In this document: in pieces, positions 9,141-18,008 of the stretch
How positions within the stretch are numbered: the stretch's first letter is position 1
How the letters are laid out: each line of letters opens with the position of its first letter
NCBI GenBank assembly: GCA_038046385.1
Contig: JBBSWH010000006.1
Span: 32,001-96,000 of the forward strand
DNA: 64,000 nucleotides
DNA from: Nanobdellota archaeon
GTDB taxonomy: Archaea; Nanobdellota; Nanobdellia; Woesearchaeales; GW2011-AR4
Direction of reading: 5' to 3'
The notes under the pieces: model-generated
Seen by the model: the letters and a program-made list of their open reading frames with translations, nothing else
Told to the model about the DNA's origin: nothing
The model's database searches: none
Made by a program: the position numbers and the translations under genes

Positions 9141-10184
9141 CTACCGGTAATCGCCGGAGTTTTGTTCCTGTTCCATCTCGTCTTTTAATTTTGCAGATTC
9201 TGCATTTTTGTGGAACTGTTCCTTTAAGTAATCGGAAACGTCTTGTAAATAACGTACACTTGGCTTTAATCTTATTCTATGGGACAATACTGATGAAACC
9301 ACATCTTTGATGTCTTCAAATTGAACTGTTTTGCGCCCTTTTACTAAAGCATTTGACTGTGACCTTTCATACAATCCAATGCTTGCCCTAACGCTTGGTT
9401 TTTTCTCAAGTTTTTCGTCGTTTCTTAACAATCTTATAAAATATGCAATCAGCGTAAGAAGTTCATCGCTTACTGTTGCAAGCTTTTTTCCTTTTGAAAC
9501 TATAATTTTTTTTTCTATTTCTATGGTTTCAGGATAGTTCATGTAGATTGCATCAAACCTGTCAAGCAAAACATCATTTAATCTTTCTGTTGATGAATCT
9601 TCAGGGTTCATTGTTGCTATGAACACGAAATCTATGTCAAAATCAACATCATAAGACCCTATTGTGGCTTTTCGCTCTTCGAGAACCTGCAATAATGCAT
9701 TTTGCAGCTTTTCCGGGCACCTGTTTAATTCATCAAAGAACAAAATTCCGTTGTTGGCCTTGAAAATCTTCCCGGGAGTGAATGCCTCGAGTGTTAATGG
9801 GCCGAATTTCAATGCTTTTATCGGATCTATATCTCCCAAAAGGTCTTCAACGGTCAAATCAGGAGATCCTTGTATTCTTATAAATCGCTTTGCGCCTTCA
9901 AGCTTAGCTGTTTTAACGCTTGAAAGCTGCCTGCAAGAAGGGCAGACTCTGTTTTTTGGAGTGCAGTTGTAGCTGCATCCTTCAATTATTTCCGTATCCG
10001 GAAGAAGTTTTGCTATGTTCTTGGCCAAGGTTGTCTTTCCTATTCCAGGCGGGCCTATTATGAGTATATGCCTTCCCATCATCAAAGCTGATTTTATGCC
10101 CTGTTTTGCATATTCCTGGCCGTAGATGTCTGCAAATACATCCTTTGATGTTGCCAGTTTGTCCCTTAGTTGTTCGCTAATCAT
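9141..10184 (-). CDS. AAA+ ATPase, MoxR/Mg-chelatase ChlI-like
   Basis: GPPGIGKT, CSYNC...CPSC, FFDELNR, ATMNP, LDRF. Confidence 0.88.
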   Translation of the reverse strand: MISEQLRDKLATSKDVFADIYGQEYAKQGIKSALMMGRHILIIGPPGIGKTTLAKNIAKLLPDTEIIEGCSYNCTPKNRVCPSCRQLSSVKTAKLEGAKRFIRIQGSPDLTVEDLLGDIDPIKALKFGPLTLEAFTPGKIFKANNGILFFDELNRCPEKLQNALLQVLEERKATIGSYDVDFDIDFVFIATMNPEDSSTERLNDVLLDRFDAIYMNYPETIEIEKKIIVSKGKKLATVSDELLTLIAYFIRLLRNDEKLEKKPSVRASIGLYERSQSNALVKGRKTVQFEDIKDVVSSVLSHRIRLKPSVRYLQDVSDYLKEQFHKNAESAKLKDEMEQEQNSGDYR

Positions 10185-10233
10185 TTTAAAGTCAAGATGA
10201 GAGGCTTACATTATTTATAAAGTTATGCGAGAA

Positions 10234-10602
10234 TCAGGCTGCGCGCCTTGCTTTAACGGCTTTAATTCCAGTTAGATTGATTAGTGTCTCATCTATAATG
10301 CGTTCAGCAGAATCCATATCGTGATTTTCGATTTCTTCTGTTTGGGCAGATTGATGAAACTTTATGCCAAGATTTGACTCAATATAATCTAGATTTTCAA
10401 TAATTGAATGTGGCACCGGAATGCCCTTAATTCTTAAATTATGGTACACATCCAGAAGCTCTATGAGTTTACTTTGCAGTCTTTCTGTATTTTTTTCAGT
10501 TGCTTTTTTTAATTTTATTAGCCTTATAGATTCTTTTAACGCTGCCAATTCTTTTGAATTTATTGCATGGCTTCCGATTGCCCAACTTTTTATCCATCCC
10601 AT
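10234..10602 (-). CDS. Hypothetical protein
   Basis: 122-aa ORF with an upstream TATA-like box. Confidence 0.55.
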   Translation of the reverse strand: MGWIKSWAIGSHAINSKELAALKESIRLIKLKKATEKNTERLQSKLIELLDVYHNLRIKGIPVPHSIIENLDYIESNLGIKFHQSAQTEEIENHDMDSAERIIDETLINLTGIKAVKARRAA

Positions 10603-10648
10603 ATCTTTTAACCAATTGCAGCCAGTATATTAATTTTCTTGTTGAGAA

Positions 10649-11242
10649 TTATCTAAAATACCTTATAACCCAGACTGCGCTGCCCGCTATAAAAGGGATT
10701 ATGAGGTTGTCATCAATCCTTTCTGCTTTTATCTTTATCTCTATTGCCTCTGCAACCATTGCAGCAAGCGACGCAAAGAATGCTTCTATCGGGCTTACAA
10801 ACACCAATGCGCCAAAAAACCCTGCTACAAATCCTGCAATTGTCCCTTCCAGCATCTTTGTGTCTGACAAGATAGTCTTTGTCTTTCCAAAATGCAATCC
10901 GAACAAATGCGAAACAGAATCACCAAAAGCAAGCACCATGATGGATGCCATTGCTATTTCTTTTGGAAACAGAAGCAATGAAACATAAACACCAAGGAAA
11001 TAGAATATTGTGCCTTTTCCCGGAAATTCATAAAGCTCATCTTTTCTTTCAAATTTCTTAAGTATATCCCAGATTATCGATGTTCTGTTTTTCCTGATGA
11101 TAAAAGATGTCAGCAGCCCGATTAAAGTCATTACAAGGATAAAATTTTCATCTATGGCTCCAAACATCAGAAGGATTACTAAAACTACTCCAAGCAGAAG
11201 GTGGAAAACCTGCCTTCTCCATTCAAGATTATTTATTTTCAT
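10649..11242 (-). CDS. Polyprenol/dolichol (phytol) kinase-like membrane protein
   Basis: RRQVFH, LAFGDS.S.LFG, K.LEG..AG, DDNL.IP. Confidence 0.88.
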   Translation of the reverse strand: MKINNLEWRRQVFHLLLGVVLVILLMFGAIDENFILVMTLIGLLTSFIIRKNRTSIIWDILKKFERKDELYEFPGKGTIFYFLGVYVSLLLFPKEIAMASIMVLAFGDSVSHLFGLHFGKTKTILSDTKMLEGTIAGFVAGFFGALVFVSPIEAFFASLAAMVAEAIEIKIKAERIDDNLIIPFIAGSAVWVIRYFR

Positions 11243-11783
11243 TTTTTGAAATGTTTGCCATTATATCGCCTATAAAATAGCCTGCAAATGCTCCAAACAC
11301 AACATCGCTTAGATAATGGTATCCGAGATAAATCCTGCTGACTGCAATAAGAACTGCAAAAACTGCGAAGAACCTGTTAAGCTGTGATTTTTTGCTTAAC
11401 AATACTGGAAGCAATGAAAATGCAATCATTGAGTGCATGCTTGGAAAAGAATACTCAAGCCCTTTCAGCATAGGATATGCAATTTCAACAGGCCTTGCAG
11501 ATGATATTGTTATTTTCATTATGAATGAAAGAAGGAACGATGCAGATAATGACATTGAGAGATATTGGACAAATTTTCTGTCTGATTTGTAATTAATTAT
11601 AATCGGTATAACAAACATAACCATAAGAAAAATGCCAAAGTTAGTTATTAAACTGAAGATTAAGTCAAAAAACACAGTTCTTGAGCTGCTGAAAAATAAG
11701 TTTACGGCATTGTCATAATTTATTGAAAAAATAAACAGCAGTGCCCCGATTATAAACACAAGGAGATTTTTTGATTTTTTCAT
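11229..11783 (-). CDS. PAP2 family phosphatase
   Basis: K......RP, SFPSMH, SRIYLGYHY.SD. Confidence 0.9.
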   Translation of the reverse strand: MKKSKNLLVFIIGALLFIFSINYDNAVNLFFSSSRTVFFDLIFSLITNFGIFLMVMFVIPIIINYKSDRKFVQYLSMSLSASFLLSFIMKITISSARPVEIAYPMLKGLEYSFPSMHSMIAFSLLPVLLSKKSQLNRFFAVFAVLIAVSRIYLGYHYLSDVVFGAFAGYFIGDIMANISKNENK

Positions 11784-12772
11784 TATATTAAATCCTGATT
11801 TATTGTTTTGTTTTTTATTCTTTTGTTTGGCCAGATTTTGCAGCCGGATTCTATTGTAACATTATGGGCATCTACTCCGTCTGAGATTATGGCTCCTCGC
11901 TGCTTTGATTTTATCCTGCCGTCAAAATGAACATGCTCACCAATGATGCTGTTTTCCACTACGGACTGCTCGGAGATTATTGTGTTGTCCATGATTATTG
12001 AATTTTTGATAGTTCCATTGATTATGCAGTTGTTTCCGATTGAAGAGTTAATGACTTTTCCGAATATCTTTGAATTTTTTCCTATTGAGTTTTTGTTTTT
12101 TCTCAATGAAATGTCTGCTTCCAGCAAGTCCCATGGATAAGCGATTGGCTTCCAGCCTTTGCTTTTGACGCAATATATTTTTTCATTCTTTGCAAGCATC
12201 TTGACTGCGTCCGGAAATTCAAGCTCGTTTCTTTCTGATTTTTTTATTTTTTTAAGATAAGCAAATATGTTCCTGTCAAGGCAGTAGAATGCAGTGCTTG
12301 CCAGATCAGAAATAAATTTCTTTGGCTTCTCGACAAAATCCACAAGAACATTGTTTTTATGCAGCACAACTCCAAAATTCTGCGGATTTTTTACTTTTGT
12401 AACAAGGATAGAGTATTTGTGCTTTATGCATTTTTTAATATCCTCCCTTGAATAAATATCATCCCCCATCATAAGGATGAATTTTCCTTTGATGGAAGGC
12501 TCTGCAATCATAACTGCATGGCCTGTGCCGAGCTGCTGTTTCTGAACGACGTATCTTATTTTTATCTTTTTGTATTTTTTGCCGATATGTTTTCTGATCA
12601 TATCCTGTTTGTATCCGACAACTATAACTGCTTCAGAAACTATGTTCTGCAAAGCGTCAAGGTTCCATTCGAGAAGTGTTTTGTTTGCAGCTTTAAGCAT
12701 AGGCTTCGGCCTTGTGAGTGTCAGGGGATATGTTCTCGTTGATTTGCCTGCTGCGAGTATTAATGCCTGCAT
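11783..12772 (-). CDS. Sugar-1-phosphate nucleotidyltransferase with short hexapeptide-repeat domain (GlmU-like)
   Basis: ILAAGKSTR.YPLT..RPKPM, QLGTGHA, GDD, EKP. Confidence 0.88.
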   Translation of the reverse strand: MQALILAAGKSTRTYPLTLTRPKPMLKAANKTLLEWNLDALQNIVSEAVIVVGYKQDMIRKHIGKKYKKIKIRYVVQKQQLGTGHAVMIAEPSIKGKFILMMGDDIYSREDIKKCIKHKYSILVTKVKNPQNFGVVLHKNNVLVDFVEKPKKFISDLASTAFYCLDRNIFAYLKKIKKSERNELEFPDAVKMLAKNEKIYCVKSKGWKPIAYPWDLLEADISLRKNKNSIGKNSKIFGKVINSSIGNNCIINGTIKNSIIMDNTIISEQSVVENSIIGEHVHFDGRIKSKQRGAIISDGVDAHNVTIESGCKIWPNKRIKNKTINQDLI

Positions 12773-12773
12773 T

Positions 12774-14027
12774 TTAGAGTGATTTTAGACTAACTGAATT
12801 TGTTCTGTCTTTGACGTACTGGCTTGAAACTGCGCTTTTCAAAAGCTGTTCCGGCTTTAGGAACTTTCTTTTTTCTGCTGCAAATATCTTTCCTTTTTTT
12901 ATGGACGTTTTTTTGTGAAGTTTTTTGAAATTAACAACATGGTCTTTCATCGACAACGGGGGGCCTTCTAACTCAACTAAACTGCTTAATTGTTTTTTGC
13001 TGAAGATGAAATAAAAAGAAGCATCTTCGTTCTTTTTCCATTCCCAGGATGAATCTATGATTTTGAAGCTGTTTTTTTCCGCTTCTTTCAGCAAAAACTC
13101 GTATGCCTTGAGAAGCTTGCTGCCGACAACGTCAATCTTTCCCTGCAGCGGCTTTGCTTTTACAATTATGAGCGTATTTTTGCCTTGTTTTGCTGTGAAT
13201 TTTTCATATAAGTCCTGCTCCAAAAATGATTTTTCAGACGGGTTTTTAAGAAAATTTTTGGCTGCGATTTTGAATGCTTCAAACTTCTCAGCGCTTAATG
13301 CTGCTGATGCGTTCCTGTCCTTCTGTACAGGGTCTATAACTATCAAAGGAGATATTAATTTTGAAGTGTTCAAAACCCTGAAAACTTCGTCTTTCTTGTA
13401 GTATTTTTCAACATCAATAATCACCTTCGTTTCCCATTTTGCTGCGTTTTTCATCACACTAAGGAACGAGCCGTAATTAACTGCAAGAATCTCGCACACG
13501 TATCCTGAAAATCCCTGTATATGGCTCTCGGCGCCGTAGATTCCATTGGCTTTGCAGAACTGCTTCATTAATTTCATCTCGTTTGCAAGTTTCTTATGGC
13601 GTGCAACCCATTTTGAATGCAACGGACTTACGTCTGTTATGTTTTTGGCCTGCTTTGAATTTGATATTCCAAGTATCGGGACTATTTCAAACGTAAAGCC
13701 TTCTTTTTTTATCTGAAAATAATCCCTTGAGCCGTGCAGCCTGATTATTTTGAATTTTCTTTTCAGGATTTTTTCCAGAATTTCCGACAATTTGTCGCTT
13801 TTGTCCTGGTATTTTTTGTAATTGAACAAAACAAAAATATCTGCGTCAAAAGTTTTCAGCCAAGTGCCTTTTGCGCCTGATCCGCCAAGAACTGCTTTGA
13901 AGTCTTTGCTGCTCTTGTTGATTGAAGATATTATTTCCCCTATTATTGAGAATATTTTTTGCTCGTATTCCCTGTCAGGCCTTATTCCATCAAGCGCTTT
14001 GGAAAGTATATGATTGATGCTTTTCAT
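12774..14027 (-). CDS. cca: Archaeal (class I) CCA-adding enzyme
   Basis: GGSGAKGTWL..DADIF, DVSPLH, YGAE....GFSGY..E, DPV...RN. Confidence 0.95.
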   Translation of the reverse strand: MKSINHILSKALDGIRPDREYEQKIFSIIGEIISSINKSSKDFKAVLGGSGAKGTWLKTFDADIFVLFNYKKYQDKSDKLSEILEKILKRKFKIIRLHGSRDYFQIKKEGFTFEIVPILGISNSKQAKNITDVSPLHSKWVARHKKLANEMKLMKQFCKANGIYGAESHIQGFSGYVCEILAVNYGSFLSVMKNAAKWETKVIIDVEKYYKKDEVFRVLNTSKLISPLIVIDPVQKDRNASAALSAEKFEAFKIAAKNFLKNPSEKSFLEQDLYEKFTAKQGKNTLIIVKAKPLQGKIDVVGSKLLKAYEFLLKEAEKNSFKIIDSSWEWKKNEDASFYFIFSKKQLSSLVELEGPPLSMKDHVVNFKKLHKKTSIKKGKIFAAEKRKFLKPEQLLKSAVSSQYVKDRTNSVSLKSL

Positions 14028-14067
14028 TGACAGAACTCATTTTTAATGTTATAAAAAGGTTTGGGTG

Positions 14068-15018
14068 TCATATTGCGCCTTCGTTTACCAGCTTTTTGTT
14101 AAATGATATATTGACTATTTCTTCCTGTATATCTACTATGTATCTTGCTATTTCGAGCATGTTGCTCATTACAATGCTGTCTTTTCCCTTCAGTATCCTG
14201 ATTTTGATGCTCTTAAGCTTTTCTTCACCGATTTTCTCGAATATCCCCTTATTGTCCCCCATCAAATAAGATATTGGCCTCTTAAGCTCTTCTCCAAGCA
14301 CATCAAGGGTTTTGTCCCTATCTTCAAACTGCTTTTTCGTATCTGAAAGATGCTGGGAAATATTCTCTATGTTATCAGCTATGTTCTCAAGCTTCTTCCC
14401 AATGAGAAAATAATAAGGGATAAGTGAAACATTGGTTATTTTTGAGGATTTAAGCACGCCAGAGTCTGTAAGAGACAGGGATATCATTTTTATCAGAAGA
14501 TGGTAAAGCCTATCTATCTCGTTTTCGTTCATTTTTATCTCGTCAATGTCTTTGTTGTCTATCAAATTTGAGATTGATGATTTTATTATGAGGCTTATCC
14601 TGTAGATAATCTGCATTATGTCAACTTTGGACTTGTCAAGAAGCACTTTTATTATGACGCTGTGGGAATCTTCATAGCTTATTTCAGTGCCGCTCATGTG
14701 GCGCAATGATTTTCTTATTCGCAATTCAGATTCCTTGCTTAATCCTTTTTTTGAAAATAAGGATATGTTTTCTATGCCAAGATAGTATAATGTGAAAAGC
14801 ATCTGGTCTATATTTCCAAGATGGTCGTCGATGTTGAGTTTTATTTCATTTTTTTCTTTTTGAAAAACAGGGTTTGAGGAAAGTATCAGTGTGCGGTCGT
14901 CTTTTTCCAGAAATGTTATTTCACTTTTTTCCTTTAACTTGTTTTTCACAACCCACTGCTTCGGAAGCGAAACGGAATATGTTGTTCCCGCTATAAGCTG
15001 TATTTTTCTTCTTTCCAT
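14068..15018 (-). CDS. AbrB-PhoU family regulator
   Basis: RRKIQ...G.TY.VSLPK.W N-terminus; ENEIDRLY and LENIAD PhoU helices. Confidence 0.88.
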   Translation of the reverse strand: MERRKIQLIAGTTYSVSLPKQWVVKNKLKEKSEITFLEKDDRTLILSSNPVFQKEKNEIKLNIDDHLGNIDQMLFTLYYLGIENISLFSKKGLSKESELRIRKSLRHMSGTEISYEDSHSVIIKVLLDKSKVDIMQIIYRISLIIKSSISNLIDNKDIDEIKMNENEIDRLYHLLIKMISLSLTDSGVLKSSKITNVSLIPYYFLIGKKLENIADNIENISQHLSDTKKQFEDRDKTLDVLGEELKRPISYLMGDNKGIFEKIGEEKLKSIKIRILKGKDSIVMSNMLEIARYIVDIQEEIVNISFNKKLVNEGAI

Positions 15019-15115
15019 TGGAGCTTTAAAATGATTAAACTATATAAATTTTACTATTAGCTATATAGTTTATGTAGAGTAACTATATAAAAATAGCTCA
15101 GAATGGTTATATTAG

Positions 15116-15172
15116 ATGGAATACAACGAAATGATAAGGACGCTTGCGGCAGTGTATCTGGAAAGCAGGTAA
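15116..15172 (+). CDS. Putative micro-ORF (18 aa, MEYNEMIRTLAAVYLESR)
   Basis: ATG 32 nt after TATATAAA (15084), divergent from the PhoU regulator. Confidence 0.35.
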   Translation: MEYNEMIRTLAAVYLESR

Positions 15173-15185
15173 TCAGGGTGAGAAA

Positions 15186-15272
15186 ATGAAAAATATGAAT
15201 AAGATAGAAGAGTCAATGCTTGTCTCAATTGCAGACTTAAGCGACACGATGGAAGAATTCATGGATAAATAA
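15186..15272 (+). CDS. Putative micro-ORF (28 aa, MKNMNKIEESMLVSIADLSDTMEEFMDK)
   Basis: GGGTGA SD just upstream; stop abuts the gyrA stop. Confidence 0.45.
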   Translation: MKNMNKIEESMLVSIADLSDTMEEFMDK

Positions 15273-15274
15273 AA

Positions 15275-17728
15275 CTAAGTGTCCCCGTTTGCTTCTTTCG
15301 GAATTTTCACAGCGCTTACAATCTTATCATTTGTGTCTAGTTTCATTATCCTAACGCCTTGTGTATTTCTTCCTATCAAGGAAATGTCAGTTGCCGGAAC
15401 TCGTATTATGATGCCTTTCTTGCTCATAAGGATTATGTCATCATTGTCTGTTATTGGGCATATTGAAACAACATTTCCGTTTCTTTCTGTGCACTGGATG
15501 TTGATTACACCTGATCCTCCGCGGTTTATGAGCCTGTATTCCGATATTGGCGTTCTTTTTCCGTAGCCGTTCTCTGTGACTGTCAATAATGCTTTTTCAT
15601 CAGAAGCTACAACCATTCCTATAACCTCGTCCTTGTCCTTAAGGGTTATTCCTCTTACTCCCTGTGCGCTTCTTCCGGTCGGCCTTACGTCTTTTTCCTC
15701 GAATCTTACAGCATTTCCGTTTTTTGTAGCAAGCATTATCTGCTGGTTTCCGTCTGTCATTTCAACGTGGATTAATTCATCTTTTTCATCAAGAGTTATT
15801 GCGACAATTCCTGTTTTTCTCGGGTTGCTGTATGCCATAAGCTCTGTTTTCTTCACAGTCCCGTTTCTTGTTGACATTATCAGGAATTTTCCAGTGTCAA
15901 ATTTTCTTACCGGAACAAATGCAGTCACGTACTCATCATTTTTCAGCTCAAGCAGATTTACTATGGCTTTTCCCATTGCCTGCCTGCTCGCTTCAGGAAG
16001 ATTATAGACTTTGAGCCAGTAAACTTTTCCTTTGTTTGTGAAAAACAATATGAAAGAATGGGTGCTTGCGACAAACATATCCTTTACAATGTCTTCTTCC
16101 TTTGTTGCAGTTCCTATTATTCCTTTTCCGCCCCTTCTCTGCATCTTGTAAGTCTGTAACGGAAGCCTTTTGATGTATCCTGAATTTGTTATTGTTATTG
16201 TCATCTCTTCTTCTTTAATCAGGTCTTCATTCTCAAGAACGGCGTTTTCTGCTTCCATTATCTGAGTTCTTCTTTTGTCGCTGTATTTTTCCTTCAGAGC
16301 TGCAAGCTCGCTTTTTATCAGGCTGAGGATTTTTTTAGGATTGGAAAGAATTGATTCGAGCTCTTCAATAAGCTTCAAAAGCCCCTTGTGCTCGTCTTTT
16401 ATTTTTTCCTGCTCCAAAGAAGTTAATCTCTGCAGCCTCATTTCAAGTATTGCGTTTGACTGCTCTATAGTAAGCGAAAAACTCTTTATTAACGACTCAC
16501 GGGCATTGTCAACTGATTTGCTTTCCTTGATTAATTTGATAACATTAGTTATGTTTGATAATGCAATTATAAGCCCTTCAAGAATATGGACACGCATCTG
16601 CGCCTTGTTCAAGTCAAACAAAGTTCTTTTTCTTATGACATCTTTTCTGTGATCTATGTATTGGTATACGAGCTCTTTCAAATTCAAAACTTTTGGCTCG
16701 TTGTTGACAAGCGCAAGCATTATTATTCCAAAAGTTGTCTGCATTCTTGTGTGCTGGAAAAGCTGATTTAAGACGACGTTTGCATCAGCATCTCTTTTCA
16801 GCTCTATAACAACCCTTATGCCGTGCCTGTCTGACTCGTCTCTTATGTCTGATATTCCAATAATTCTCTTGTCCCTCACAAGGTCAGCCATCTCTTCAAG
16901 AAGCTCTGACTTGTTGACCATGAACGGGATTTCGTTTATGATTATGTCGCTTCTGCTTTTTTCCGGCTTAATCTCTGTTTTTGCCCTTACAAGAATCTTG
17001 CCCCTTCCGGTAAAGTAGGCGCTTTTGATTCCCTCCCTGCCGCATATAATCCCGCCTGTAGGAAAATCAGGCCCCTGAACTGACATCATTAATTCTCCTA
17101 TAGAAATTTCAGGATTGTCTATCTGCATCACCACAGCATCAATAATTTCTCCAAGATTATGAGGAGGAATGTTTGTTGCCATGCCGACTGCAATTCCTGA
17201 GCTTCCGTTTACAAGAAGATTCGGGATTTTTGAAGGGAGAAGGATTGGCTCGCTTGTGCTGTTGTCAAAGTTTGGAATAAACTTTACTGTTTTTTTGTCG
17301 ATATCTTCCAGCATTTCCTCTGCAATAGTCTTCAATCTGCATTCTGTGTAACGCATTGCAGCTGCCCTGTCGCCGTCAATAGAACCCCAATTGCCCTGAC
17401 CGTCTATCAAAGGGTATCTTAGCGAGAAATCCTGCGCTAAACGGGTCATGGTGTCATAAATAGCTGCGTCACCATGGGGATGAAATTTGCTCATGGTCTG
17501 ACCGCATACGTAAGCTGATTTTCTGTAAGGTTTATTATGAAGTAATCCTGACTCCCACATTGCATACAAAACACGCCTGTGGACTGGTTTAAGCCCGTCC
17601 CTGGCATCTGGAAGCGCTCTGCCAACTATAACAGACATAGAGTAGTCTAAATACGCTTTTTTCATCTCGTCTTGGATGATTCTGGGCACTATTTTTGTGC
17701 CTAATTGGCTTCCTTGATTTTCTGTCAT
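15275..17728 (-). CDS. gyrA: DNA gyrase subunit A
   Basis: RALPDARDGLKPVHRR, HPHGD, AAMRYTE, GyrA-box QRRGGKG, C-terminal pinwheel repeats. Confidence 0.97.
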   Translation of the reverse strand: MTENQGSQLGTKIVPRIIQDEMKKAYLDYSMSVIVGRALPDARDGLKPVHRRVLYAMWESGLLHNKPYRKSAYVCGQTMSKFHPHGDAAIYDTMTRLAQDFSLRYPLIDGQGNWGSIDGDRAAAMRYTECRLKTIAEEMLEDIDKKTVKFIPNFDNSTSEPILLPSKIPNLLVNGSSGIAVGMATNIPPHNLGEIIDAVVMQIDNPEISIGELMMSVQGPDFPTGGIICGREGIKSAYFTGRGKILVRAKTEIKPEKSRSDIIINEIPFMVNKSELLEEMADLVRDKRIIGISDIRDESDRHGIRVVIELKRDADANVVLNQLFQHTRMQTTFGIIMLALVNNEPKVLNLKELVYQYIDHRKDVIRKRTLFDLNKAQMRVHILEGLIIALSNITNVIKLIKESKSVDNARESLIKSFSLTIEQSNAILEMRLQRLTSLEQEKIKDEHKGLLKLIEELESILSNPKKILSLIKSELAALKEKYSDKRRTQIMEAENAVLENEDLIKEEEMTITITNSGYIKRLPLQTYKMQRRGGKGIIGTATKEEDIVKDMFVASTHSFILFFTNKGKVYWLKVYNLPEASRQAMGKAIVNLLELKNDEYVTAFVPVRKFDTGKFLIMSTRNGTVKKTELMAYSNPRKTGIVAITLDEKDELIHVEMTDGNQQIMLATKNGNAVRFEEKDVRPTGRSAQGVRGITLKDKDEVIGMVVASDEKALLTVTENGYGKRTPISEYRLINRGGSGVINIQCTERNGNVVSICPITDNDDIILMSKKGIIIRVPATDISLIGRNTQGVRIMKLDTNDKIVSAVKIPKEANGDT

Positions 17729-17828
17729 TTTTTTAGAATTTAAAAATTGATTTATCGTCTATAATAAGGGAGTTTTCTTGCTTTATAAGGGTTATGCTTT
17801 ATTTATTATTTTCTATATTGAAAGTAAG

Positions 17829-17858
17829 CACTGGACATCCTTGGATGAAATATTTAAA
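17829..17858 (+). promoter_or_regulatory. CACTGGACATC motif plus TATA box (TATTTAAA at 17851)
   Basis: Same 11-mer at the same spacing at 32865 and 53585. Confidence 0.7.
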
Positions 17859-18008
17859 GCAAGACAATACCAAAATAATACACGCAAAACTGCCAAATTA
17901 TAATTTTCGCTAAAGCTGAAAATCAATTACGCAGTTTCGCTTGATGTTTTATTTTGCCTTTAAATTTCTTTCAGTGACTGAAAAGAAATTTTATTTGAGG
18001 TAATAAAA

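Noticed and set aside
7970-10184. Mg-chelatase or chlorophyll pathway
   Set aside because: No large chelatase subunit or tetrapyrrole genes; a generic AAA-VWA chaperone pair is more parsimonious
15279-17351. Many antisense ORFs of 60-200 aa over gyrA and other genes
   Set aside because: S/F/L/I-rich shadow frames of K/E-rich sense genes, with no motifs
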